Part shown: piece by piece, positions 18,659 to 26,788 of the stretch | How positions within the stretch are numbered: position 1 is the first letter of the stretch | Layout: the number at the start of each line of letters is the position of its first letter | Source of the DNA: a virus | Direction: 5' to 3' (one strand) | DNA length: 64,000 nt | Virus record (IMG/VR): IMGVR_UViG_3300045999_007288 | Coordinates: 10,049-74,048 of that record | Position numbers and translations under genes: made by a program | The notes under the pieces: model-generated | Database searches by the model: none | Told to the model about the DNA's origin: nothing | Seen by the model: only the letters and a program-made list of their open reading frames with translations

Positions 18659-20039
18659 AATATTTGCATTCCTTCCAAAAATCTACCATTTCTGGAAATG
18701 CCAAAATAAAGTTAGTGCCGCGGCGGCGATCATGTTCATTGAAAAATTTATAAAAATTTGCTTTTTGCATTTTAACATAATCAGGATCTAATTTGCTACC
18801 TTCTCTCATCCAATCAATGACTCTTTGTAAACGTTGAACTTCATAATCTTTGAAACCGTGAAACGGAGTCTCAGGTTGCTCCATTTTTGTAATCATAAAA
18901 CTCCATGACATTTCTAAGTTATCTATATAACTTTCTGGTAATAGTTGTAAGCTTTGCCATTCTGGTTTACGAAGAATCGGAGTATCAAACCACACACGCT
19001 GATACGTTTTACTGTGTATTTGTCTGAGTCCTAATATACAACCTAGTAAATTTTGAAGGCCGGCCACATTTAAATTATTCATAGTAATTATAAATGTTAA
19101 ACTACTACGATTGGGCACTTCATATAAAAATCTGTTGACGTTATCCCAAAATCTTTCAAAATTTAATCCATGTCTGATATATTCGGCCTGTAGAAAAGTG
19201 GCATCTATACTAACATACTGCATGAAATGCTCAATTTTTTTATCTTCATTGCTGCACAATCGTTTCACATAATCTAAGTATTTTTCAAACAATGCAGGGT
19301 CAACGCTGAAATTAGAAGTCACATTTAAATGTAGTTTTGGATTAGGATTTTCCAATACATAATCAAATACACGATATGTATTCTTATCCATGAGAGGCTC
19401 TCCGCCAGTCATTCTGAAATGTTCCAATTCTGGATATAGCGTAGGCCACCAAGACCAGAACGCATCAACATAAGGATTATCTTCCCTTGCAGGAATAACT
19501 TTTCTTTCTCCAGTAAAATGACTGGGGTCGTTGTGCAGTGGGCTTGTGGGAAAAGCGCCATTACGTTCTACTTCACTGGCCCAACTACTAGAGTATTGGG
19601 GGCTGCAATAACTGCAAGATAAGTTGCAAGCATTATTGAAATTGACTTCTACGTAGGAAGGAAGCACATCCTCGTCTCCAGTGGAATTAACTATTTTTTC
19701 AAAATCTTTTGTTGCCCACGGCTCTCCACTACGATAATGTCGATCGCTTAAATTGCCCAAATCTTCTTGTGTCCAACAATAACTACATTCTTGTGGGCGC
19801 TCATTATGCAGCATAATCTTACGCTGTTCTTTTTTGTAAGGAGTGTTATGCAATGCACCAGGATTATCTTTTAATAGTGTTGAATCTATTTTATGTAAAG
19901 GTGGGTGATAGCAACTGTTATTAAGTCCCGTCGGTAAATGTAAGCTAACTTGTTTCCATTTGGCCAAACAAAGTGCAGGACCTAATTTAGATTTTGCGTC
20001 TTCCGCAGAATTTAAAAATACGCTTTTAGACATTACCAA
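18642..20039 (-). CDS. Radical SAM protein with N-terminal twitch domain
   Basis: CLAKW..SCYHP..CSYCW, CNLSCSYC, TGGEPL, TSN. Closest paralog is 15156..16505. Confidence 0.9.
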   Translation of the reverse strand: MVMSKSVFLNSAEDAKSKLGPALCLAKWKQVSLHLPTGLNNSCYHPPLHKIDSTLLKDNPGALHNTPYKKEQRKIMLHNERPQECSYCWTQEDLGNLSDRHYRSGEPWATKDFEKIVNSTGDEDVLPSYVEVNFNNACNLSCSYCSPQYSSSWASEVERNGAFPTSPLHNDPSHFTGERKVIPAREDNPYVDAFWSWWPTLYPELEHFRMTGGEPLMDKNTYRVFDYVLENPNPKLHLNVTSNFSVDPALFEKYLDYVKRLCSNEDKKIEHFMQYVSIDATFLQAEYIRHGLNFERFWDNVNRFLYEVPNRSSLTFIITMNNLNVAGLQNLLGCILGLRQIHSKTYQRVWFDTPILRKPEWQSLQLLPESYIDNLEMSWSFMITKMEQPETPFHGFKDYEVQRLQRVIDWMREGSKLDPDYVKMQKANFYKFFNEHDRRRGTNFILAFPEMVDFWKECKYYATTT

Positions 20040-20959
20040 CCCTCAACTCGTCGAATAACATCTAGTTCAGTCATTGTTGTTCCCATGTTACGATGCACTG
20101 CTTTATAATGATGTTTAAAAAATGCACTCTGGTCTGGATTCATATCTACTATCGGCAATCCCAATCGTGTACGCAATGTTTGTCCAATGTTTTCACAGGC
20201 AGGTTCTTCGTCTTTGCTAAAGCTGTTCCAAAGATATGCGAGATGGTCAAAATCTTGCACTTGTTTATAATCCCAGTCCCTTAACATAGTCATGTACGTA
20301 CCTAGCCGAGCACCGTATATAGCCCACCAACCATTTTCTACATCTTGCCCTACGCTCTGCCAGATGCATAAATGATCGTAATTACGGGCATGAACTTTTT
20401 GTTCAAACTCTTGTAAGCTAGGTTTCTTACCACGATTCAAACACATTTTAACGCCTTCACGAAAGCCTGCTCGCCAAGCTTGAAAAGGTGTTGCATTGGG
20501 AAAGGTAGTACTATAGCAATCATGCATGGGAATATACTTTGGATCAAAGCAAAACTCTACCACAGTCTCATCTCTGCCATCAGTGGCTTCGTGTGTTCGC
20601 ATATTGTTGACGAACTCTTTGGTCCAGCAACTTATTCCGCCATTGCCGTACATCAATCCATTGATATGATTACGAGCTTTCCACCTAAATACACAGTCGT
20701 GATTGTTATCATCAAATTTAAGTTGAAGATTAAAAAATTCAGCATCTGGTATATTGTCCCCATCTATTAGCACGAACCTATCAGTGTCACTGGCCGCAGC
20801 AGCGGCTTTGTGTGCAGCATCACTGCCTTTAATACCGTCCACATGTTTAGCCCACGGAATTAAATTTTGAATCTTAATCCAAAATTCTTCTTTTTTCGGT
20901 TCGTCGTAGGTTAAAAATATGCAATCGAGGTCAGCAATATCAACGATTTTTGTAGTCAT
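20033..20959 (-). CDS. GT-A-fold glycosyltransferase-like protein
   Basis: DCIFLTYDEP, G..AAHKAAA, FVLIDGDN (DxD), YGNGG. Confidence 0.65.
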   Translation of the reverse strand: MTTKIVDIADLDCIFLTYDEPKKEEFWIKIQNLIPWAKHVDGIKGSDAAHKAAAAASDTDRFVLIDGDNIPDAEFFNLQLKFDDNNHDCVFRWKARNHINGLMYGNGGISCWTKEFVNNMRTHEATDGRDETVVEFCFDPKYIPMHDCYSTTFPNATPFQAWRAGFREGVKMCLNRGKKPSLQEFEQKVHARNYDHLCIWQSVGQDVENGWWAIYGARLGTYMTMLRDWDYKQVQDFDHLAYLWNSFSKDEEPACENIGQTLRTRLGLPIVDMNPDQSAFFKHHYKAVHRNMGTTMTELDVIRRVEGW

Positions 20960-21365
20960 AGTGTTCTACATCTTTATAAGTTTCACCATCTTCCAAAATT
21001 ATGCCTGGAACATTTTTTACTGTTTTAAATCCTGTCTGACTTTTTTCAAGTTGCGGTGTTTGCGCGGCATTGTCTTTTTTAACTGCAATTTTATTATTAT
21101 ATACCGTATACTTGTGTAATTCTGCATATACACTCTTATAAGTATCCTCATCTACTATGATATAATCGCCGGTGAGGCCATACATTTCAGCATCTTTTAC
21201 TGTAGGCGATGTTGCTATAATATTGCCAGACGCATCATAATAAATTCGATATTCGTATTCAATTATCGAAGGTTTATCTATTAGACCCAACTCGTCTAAT
21301 TGTCTAATTATTTCTTCAAGAGTGGTGTCTTCATTAACTGTTATGGTAGGTTCGTTCGTATTCAT
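20940..21365 (-). CDS. Hypothetical protein
   Basis: Overlaps both neighbours. YRIYYDASGNII..DYIIVDEDTY is loosely like tail-fibre-assembly protein N-termini. Confidence 0.7.
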   Translation of the reverse strand: MNTNEPTITVNEDTTLEEIIRQLDELGLIDKPSIIEYEYRIYYDASGNIIATSPTVKDAEMYGLTGDYIIVDEDTYKSVYAELHKYTVYNNKIAVKKDNAAQTPQLEKSQTGFKTVKNVPGIILEDGETYKDVEHYDYKNR

Positions 21366-22182
21366 GTATTAATTCCTCTGTTACATATGATTTATCATAA
21401 TAATGCACTGGGCTGTATTGATTCAGATTATGAATTTTAATCATATGGTTATCTCTATCATGCAGCACTATGTCTTGCCAAGACTGATCTGTATTGCCCC
21501 AGCCGTTGATACCAGGTTTCAAATGTACGAAATTAATGAAATCCATGGTTGGTATGGTACACAATTCAACCCCTATAGTTTTTGCTGTTAAAGCATACAG
21601 TACATCAGTGCTAGGCGTGTCTTCTCGACAATTTTTTAGAACATTATCTCTAAAATATTCCCAATTTCTTAAAATTCGTTGGGCTGTTAAAAAGAAATCA
21701 TTGGCTACTTTGCTATATCTAAAATACATTAAACCATTGTAAATGTCTGGTAACTCGTTGTCATCAAAAAATTTTCTATAAAGTCTAGTTGTAGCTAGTT
21801 CTTGCCTATATGTTTTGCATCCTGTACTTAATACAACGTCCCGCAGTCTAAACGCATTCCACCAATGATCGATATTTCTGGTGAATAACAAATCGCTTTC
21901 TAATTTAATAGTTTCTTTAAAAGGACTCAGTGAAAAAACTTGGTATTCATTGGATAGTTTCCATGTACTGTCTTTATCATTTTCGTCATAGGGTATTTCG
22001 ATTATATGATTAAATACTTTTTTATGTTTATCTGTGATTTGCTCGATGGTATTTTTATCGCAAATCACTGCATACTTGGCAGTTGGATGCAGGCTTTTTA
22101 CATTCATTGCTTGGCAATACGCAAGGGATAGATAATCCACCTTATCTGTATTTTGTGCAAATGTTAGAAACCCTTTAGTCAT
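21334..22182 (-). CDS. GT8-like glycosyltransferase
   Basis: GFLTFAQN..Y, LSPFKETIKLESDLL, YNGLMYF. Paralog of the adjacent 279-aa gene. Confidence 0.65.
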   Translation of the reverse strand: MTKGFLTFAQNTDKVDYLSLAYCQAMNVKSLHPTAKYAVICDKNTIEQITDKHKKVFNHIIEIPYDENDKDSTWKLSNEYQVFSLSPFKETIKLESDLLFTRNIDHWWNAFRLRDVVLSTGCKTYRQELATTRLYRKFFDDNELPDIYNGLMYFRYSKVANDFFLTAQRILRNWEYFRDNVLKNCREDTPSTDVLYALTAKTIGVELCTIPTMDFINFVHLKPGINGWGNTDQSWQDIVLHDRDNHMIKIHNLNQYSPVHYYDKSYVTEELIHEYERTYHNS

Positions 22183-23014
22183 TGCAGATCCTTTCTACAA
22201 AATTTTTGAATTGATCCGACAGTAGATAATTCTTATCCATGATATGTAAATTTTGTCTGCTTATCACATCTGCTCGGCTATCATACTTGACCGTTAAAAA
22301 TTTATTTTTAAGATCAATTGCCTCGATGTTATCTTCTATAGTTAACATTGGCCATGGTATACTTTGTTCGGGAGTAAGGGTGTGCCCATTTAAAATAATA
22401 TTGGCCATACTAAATGCAAAATCATTTCTATAGTTTGTTTCTCTAATAGAAAATAAACTTCTATAATACCCATAGTTTCTTTGTATGCGTCCTACTAAAT
22501 CAAAAAATAATTTGGCTCTTAGAGTTTTTCGAAATAACACAACTGTGGCCCACACCATAGGCAAACTTGCAGGTCCCATTTCATCTATGTTAAGTGCTTG
22601 AGGAGTCTGCATGTTATACATTAACCTATAATCAAAAGGTTGATCTAACAATTTTAACAAGCTAGTGTCCAGCATCAAATAATCTGTGTCTATTAGAATA
22701 GTTTCATCATAGGGGCTGAAGTCGAATGCTCGATATCTGTCAAAATTTTTCCATTCGTATACTTGTTGATCCTTAGAAAATCTAACATTGCCAGTTTTAC
22801 TGTCAACACGAATTACTTGATCATAATCAAATTTTAATTCAGCATCTACGTCAGTGACCAGAGTCACAGGAAGTCCCAATGTACGATTGATCAATCTGCT
22901 GGTTTGGTCTGCTATTTCGGTATACTTAACTTTTTGACTATTAAAAGCAAATACCAGTACACCTTTAGATTTTTCTAATTCGCTTGAGCTCTTCATGTTG
23001 TTGATGCCATTCAT
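22175..23014 (-). CDS. GT8-like glycosyltransferase
   Basis: GVLVFAFN..Y, FSPYDETILIDTDYL (DxD), WATVVLF, RNDFA. Confidence 0.7.
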   Translation of the reverse strand: MNGINNMKSSSELEKSKGVLVFAFNSQKVKYTEIADQTSRLINRTLGLPVTLVTDVDAELKFDYDQVIRVDSKTGNVRFSKDQQVYEWKNFDRYRAFDFSPYDETILIDTDYLMLDTSLLKLLDQPFDYRLMYNMQTPQALNIDEMGPASLPMVWATVVLFRKTLRAKLFFDLVGRIQRNYGYYRSLFSIRETNYRNDFAFSMANIILNGHTLTPEQSIPWPMLTIEDNIEAIDLKNKFLTVKYDSRADVISRQNLHIMDKNYLLSDQFKNFVERICND

Positions 23015-23291
23015 TCATTACACTTTGATAATGTTGTCGAGCCTTTGTTAAAAACGATTGTTTATCTAATTTAATCGGATTCAAATAGATATCTTCTATG
23101 TACAAGATATCATCGGGCCACGTTGCTACAAATGCCAATAATTCCGGATTTATTTTGAACAATCCGTTTTCATAGGGCATATGCAATTCTGTTAAAATAC
23201 GCTCGCGCAAGACTCTTTTATTGATTTGATAATCTGTAGCCAGTTTTACCTGATTGACTATTTCTTCGACAGTGCTGTTCATATTGGGCAT
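22965..23291 (-). CDS. Hypothetical protein, first gene of the modification operon
   Basis: 108-aa ORF directly after a sigma70-type promoter. Helical C-terminus loosely like fibre-associated DUF4376 proteins. Confidence 0.7.
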   Translation of the reverse strand: MPNMNSTVEEIVNQVKLATDYQINKRVLRERILTELHMPYENGLFKINPELLAFVATWPDDILYIEDIYLNPIKLDKQSFLTKARQHYQSVMNEWHQQHEELKRIRKI

Positions 23292-23297
23292 AAAATA

Positions 23298-23340
23298 ATA
23301 GGTATATACTATTATAATATATACCTATCTCAGATGTCAA
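23298..23340 (-). promoter_or_regulatory. Sigma70-type promoter whose -10 box sits in the loop of an 11-bp inverted repeat
   Basis: Minus strand TTGACA (23340-23335), 18 nt spacer, TATAAT (23316-23311). Arms are ATAGGTATATA (23298-23308) and TATATACCTAT (23318-23328). Confidence 0.75.
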
Positions 23341-23351
23341 GTCTTGAAAAA

Positions 23352-24287
23352 TTAAGTTATGGTAGCTGTTCCCCAGGTATTTGTTAAGTTAGTAGTTTCT
23401 GGGTATCGTACTGTGCATGTTATTTGATCGGTAACATTAATCGAATCTGCTGGTTGAGTAGAGCCTGTGGTTGCAGAGAACAATGTAATAGTGATTGTAA
23501 GAACGTTGCCATTTGCACCATATGACCCAGCAGTGCCATTGGTAGAATAGTTAATAGACAAAAAATCACCCGTATAGTAACTGGTGCTGTTTACTCGAAA
23601 CATTTGTGTAGGAGTAGTAGTTAAACCGTAATACCCGCCGGTGGTAGTATCTGTTACTAACGTTCCGCCTGAACCAGCCCTTGCTCCATACGATGCGGCA
23701 TTTAATCTCTTAGAGGAAAAATTAGTCGAAGCAAGAGTACCGATACTGGCGCCACGACTTGTTCCGCCTGTATTAGTAAAAACTACCTGTTCTATTAGAA
23801 TGGAGCCGCCAGCATTGAAAAAATATCGTGTGGCGTCAACACCGCTGCCAAACGTGATTGTAAATGTAATAGTCCCAGTCGCAGACACTCCAGCTGCTGC
23901 ATTCAAAGTTGTTGATTTAGTCGATGACGTTGTTGTGCCAGTAGTAGCGGCACTGAGACGATTAGTGGCTGCTGTGGAAACTGCTGATGTCAGTGTCGAT
24001 AAAAATGTAACAGTAGTTCCAGCAGTGGGCGCACTTATACCAGATCCGCTGCCGCTTTGGTGTATCCTTGCAGAATTTAATGTATTAACTAAACTTGCCC
24101 AGTTAGTTGCAGCTACTGTGCCGCTTACAGACACGTTACTGACTGCGGTTTGACCGTATCCATAATTTCCTTGACCGGTGGACCAAACTGGATTAAGTTG
24201 GGTTCCACCACCTTGTGTGCCAGCAGATGCACCTACTATATTATTAAAGTCACTTGCCTGTATTAATCCACCAGATGCGTATGTCAT
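23352..24287 (-). CDS. Virion structural protein, short tail-fibre-like (Thr/Ser/Gly-rich)
   Basis: MTYASGGLIQASDFN start, RYFFNAGG, extreme T/S/G content. Follows the fibre gene. Confidence 0.7.
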   Translation of the reverse strand: MTYASGGLIQASDFNNIVGASAGTQGGGTQLNPVWSTGQGNYGYGQTAVSNVSVSGTVAATNWASLVNTLNSARIHQSGSGSGISAPTAGTTVTFLSTLTSAVSTAATNRLSAATTGTTTSSTKSTTLNAAAGVSATGTITFTITFGSGVDATRYFFNAGGSILIEQVVFTNTGGTSRGASIGTLASTNFSSKRLNAASYGARAGSGGTLVTDTTTGGYYGLTTTPTQMFRVNSTSYYTGDFLSINYSTNGTAGSYGANGNVLTITITLFSATTGSTQPADSINVTDQITCTVRYPETTNLTNTWGTATIT

Positions 24288-24299
24288 ATTTTGTTCCGT

Positions 24300-25952
24300 T
24301 TAACTATTTAATGTTACGATGGCGTATATTGTTCCTTCGCCGTCGTCAGACTTGTTTTCCAGTGCTCGGCCAATTACATTAAATGGTGTAATTTCATCCT
24401 TATTTGCGGCACGAGCCATTCCCCGACCAGCACTAACCAGCCTGTCTCCTTTACGCACTGAGCCAATGACTTTAACAGGAACACGACCACTGACCGCAAC
24501 AGGAGGATGAGTTTCATTGGATCCAGCTTGACTGTTCATCAAATAAGCTGCTCGTGTACTTACAACTCCGAATACATCATCGCTCAATTCTTCATCGGCT
24601 AATGTAACTTCTTTTTCGCCGCCCATGGTCAACACTGTGCCGGGCTGGTAATATGCGTCGGCTTCAAATCTTTCGGCCAAGTCAGCATATAATGCATTAA
24701 TTGCAACACCGTTAAAGAATGCTCCATTCACATTTCCCTGTGCAAATATTGCTCCAGTTAAACTCATTCCGCCCGAAATTCGAACAGCGCCTGTTACGTT
24801 ACTAGTAGCAGCTTCGCCCCCAGTTACCAATAGGTAAGCAGCAGTTGATACATTGCCCGTGGCCTGAACACGCCCACCAGCAACTACATTTCCAGAAGTT
24901 ATAACACTGTTAGATGTAAACAAGTTTCCGGTTAGACCAATACCGCCAGTTACCCTAATGGCTCCAGTTACATTACTAGTAGCATTATCCCCTTGGGTAG
25001 TCTGAATAAAACCAGAAGTAACAAATGCGCCAGTTGTATTTAAATTTGCAATGCTAGTAACGCCGTTTTGGCCATTTACTGTCAATACAGGAGTAGAAAC
25101 ACCTAGCACGTTGGCAACAACTTGTAGGTTTCCGCCATTCACGTTGTTTACTAGTTGAGTAGTATTACCGGTAATAGAAACTGTAAAATTATTACCTGTG
25201 CCGACTGTTAGTCCGCTGTTATTGTTTATATTAATTGTATTAGCAAACGTAGTAGCAATATCTGTTCTGGCATAGCTACTAGCAGGTTGACTGCCTAAAT
25301 TATTAGAATTGGTTGCATTACCCACGAATGCAATATTTCCGACCACTGAAGTTGATGCTAAATTAAATCCAGGTTTAATAGTTGTAAATCCAGTTGGACT
25401 GTCTGCTGGTGTATATTCTTGATCTCTACTAATAATACCTATTAAGGTTGTACCAACAAACACGTTAACTGCAACGTGATCTGCCACCAGTGGATTACTG
25501 TCTGCAATTTGTCCTACGCTAACTCCAGACTGGCCGACGTTACTTGTAAATGCAGGACCGATTAATACCCAACTTGAACCATTATAAATATTCAACTGTT
25601 GAGAATTTGTATCCCACCATGCATTTCCTGTCTTAGAACCAGTGGGCTGTGTGTTACTGGAAGTCATCGTTCCCATGGTGCGCCATGTCGATCCAGTGTA
25701 AACTTTTAAATTTCCAGCCAGATCCCACCATAACTGGCCTGTTAACGGGTTAGGAATAGCTGAACTATCGCCACCAGCAGTAGACACACTGGCGAAATTT
25801 TCCAACATGTGTACTAAGTCAGAATTCAAAAATGTTCCGTAGCCTGCATAGTTTTTACCTATCAGAGCTAAACTGGTACTAGTTTGATTAACAGTACCAT
25901 CTTGAATTGTGGTTAAAAGTGTACCGTTACTTAAAGTTATTGTATAGGCCAT
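24300..25952 (-). CDS. Tail fibre/spike protein with C-terminal intramolecular chaperone (peptidase G2-like) domain
   Basis: LIGKNYAGYG..LENFA..P.GQLWWD N-terminus, ATSNVTGA.R..GG repeats, C-terminal YADLAE..GVVST..PVAVSGRVPVKV.G.VRKGDRLVS. Confidence 0.8.
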   Translation of the reverse strand: MAYTITLSNGTLLTTIQDGTVNQTSTSLALIGKNYAGYGTFLNSDLVHMLENFASVSTAGGDSSAIPNPLTGQLWWDLAGNLKVYTGSTWRTMGTMTSSNTQPTGSKTGNAWWDTNSQQLNIYNGSSWVLIGPAFTSNVGQSGVSVGQIADSNPLVADHVAVNVFVGTTLIGIISRDQEYTPADSPTGFTTIKPGFNLASTSVVGNIAFVGNATNSNNLGSQPASSYARTDIATTFANTININNNSGLTVGTGNNFTVSITGNTTQLVNNVNGGNLQVVANVLGVSTPVLTVNGQNGVTSIANLNTTGAFVTSGFIQTTQGDNATSNVTGAIRVTGGIGLTGNLFTSNSVITSGNVVAGGRVQATGNVSTAAYLLVTGGEAATSNVTGAVRISGGMSLTGAIFAQGNVNGAFFNGVAINALYADLAERFEADAYYQPGTVLTMGGEKEVTLADEELSDDVFGVVSTRAAYLMNSQAGSNETHPPVAVSGRVPVKVIGSVRKGDRLVSAGRGMARAANKDEITPFNVIGRALENKSDDGEGTIYAIVTLNS

Positions 25953-25973
25953 CGTTCATGTATCCGTTTAGTG

Positions 25974-25981
25974 TATTTATA
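25974..25981 (-). promoter_or_regulatory. T4-type late promoter TATAAATA
   Basis: Exact TATAAATA on the minus strand upstream of the fibre gene. A gp55-like sigma factor is encoded in the window. Confidence 0.75.
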
Positions 25982-25992
25982 TTTCTTTTTAA

Positions 25993-26586
25993 TTACAAAT
26001 TCGTACTCAAATTGGTCAAAGTTTGAATTCTGATAGTGTAATCAATTTGAATAAGTCTGTTAAGTGCTTTTTGCACTGGGTGAAAAATTACGTGAGTCAG
26101 TAATTTTCCGCTTTCGCTGATTAATCCTAATTCGTCAAATACGTAGGTTCCGCTCATTGTTGCACTGTTGTCAAATGCTTGTTGTCCAGCTGGTTCTGTG
26201 TAATCTAATAGACAACTTACAAAAATATCAGTATAGATCAAACCTGGTGTATGTCTTACTTCGATGTAATTTCTTGCTGGATCCGTGTTTAATGCACTGG
26301 TATTGTCGACTATTTTACTGTAAGTTTGGTTGTACAAACTAGCATTTTGTCCAAAAGTATTAGTAGGCAAATATGTAATAACACCAGTACTATCTACCGC
26401 AGTTGCTCCGTTTCCGAACGCCATGTTTTGTATATACCCAATACCTTTGTTCGCAATGCTTTGTGCTAACGCTTCACTCATATTTTCATAATGAATGGCG
26501 TTGGGTTTATCTCTGAAAATTTCGCCGGTTGCAGGATCCCAAATTTTAATGTGTCCTTGTATCATTGTATTTGTTTTATCTAGCAT
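25993..26586 (-). CDS. Baseplate/tail-fibre attachment structural protein
   Basis: GHIKIWDP, MAFGNG, FDELGL, HVIFHPVQK..IDYTIRI. Lies between the wedge and fibre genes. Confidence 0.7.
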   Translation of the reverse strand: MLDKTNTMIQGHIKIWDPATGEIFRDKPNAIHYENMSEALAQSIANKGIGYIQNMAFGNGATAVDSTGVITYLPTNTFGQNASLYNQTYSKIVDNTSALNTDPARNYIEVRHTPGLIYTDIFVSCLLDYTEPAGQQAFDNSATMSGTYVFDELGLISESGKLLTHVIFHPVQKALNRLIQIDYTIRIQTLTNLSTNL

Positions 26587-26596
26587 AAGTGATCCA

Positions 26597-26767
26597 TTAA
26601 TTTCCAGTTTCTACTATTACATCACCAGATTCTGGATCTGTAATTTTTACAAAACCACGCATATAAATTCCTGTAGATTCGTTTGGTTTTTCTGGAACAG
26701 ATTTTTCGAGTTTTTGTTCCAAATCAGTGTTTGTATGGTTATTTATCATGGTCTTCTGTGTGTTCAT
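26597..26767 (-). CDS. Small 56-aa protein paralogous to the N-terminus of the downstream gene (not in ORF track)
   Basis: Hand translation: MNTQKTMINNHTNTDLEQKLEKSVPEKPNESTGIYMRGFVKITDPESGDVIVETGN. TAAATA lies 6 nt upstream. Confidence 0.7.
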   Translation of the reverse strand: MNTQKTMINNHTNTDLEQKLEKSVPEKPNESTGIYMRGFVKITDPESGDVIVETGN

Positions 26768-26788
26768 TGTTAATATTTATTTGCTTTT

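Noticed and set aside
1875-23291. Cellular LPS/secondary-metabolite island (bacterial contig or chimera)
   Set aside because: The enzymes are contiguous with T4-like structural and nucleotide genes and share their promoter style. No flippase, polymerase, transporter or housekeeping genes are present.
23641-24153. 170-aa plus-strand ORF and the many other short antisense ORFs
   Set aside because: Shadows of codon bias on the strand opposite well-supported genes. No motifs or initiation signals.
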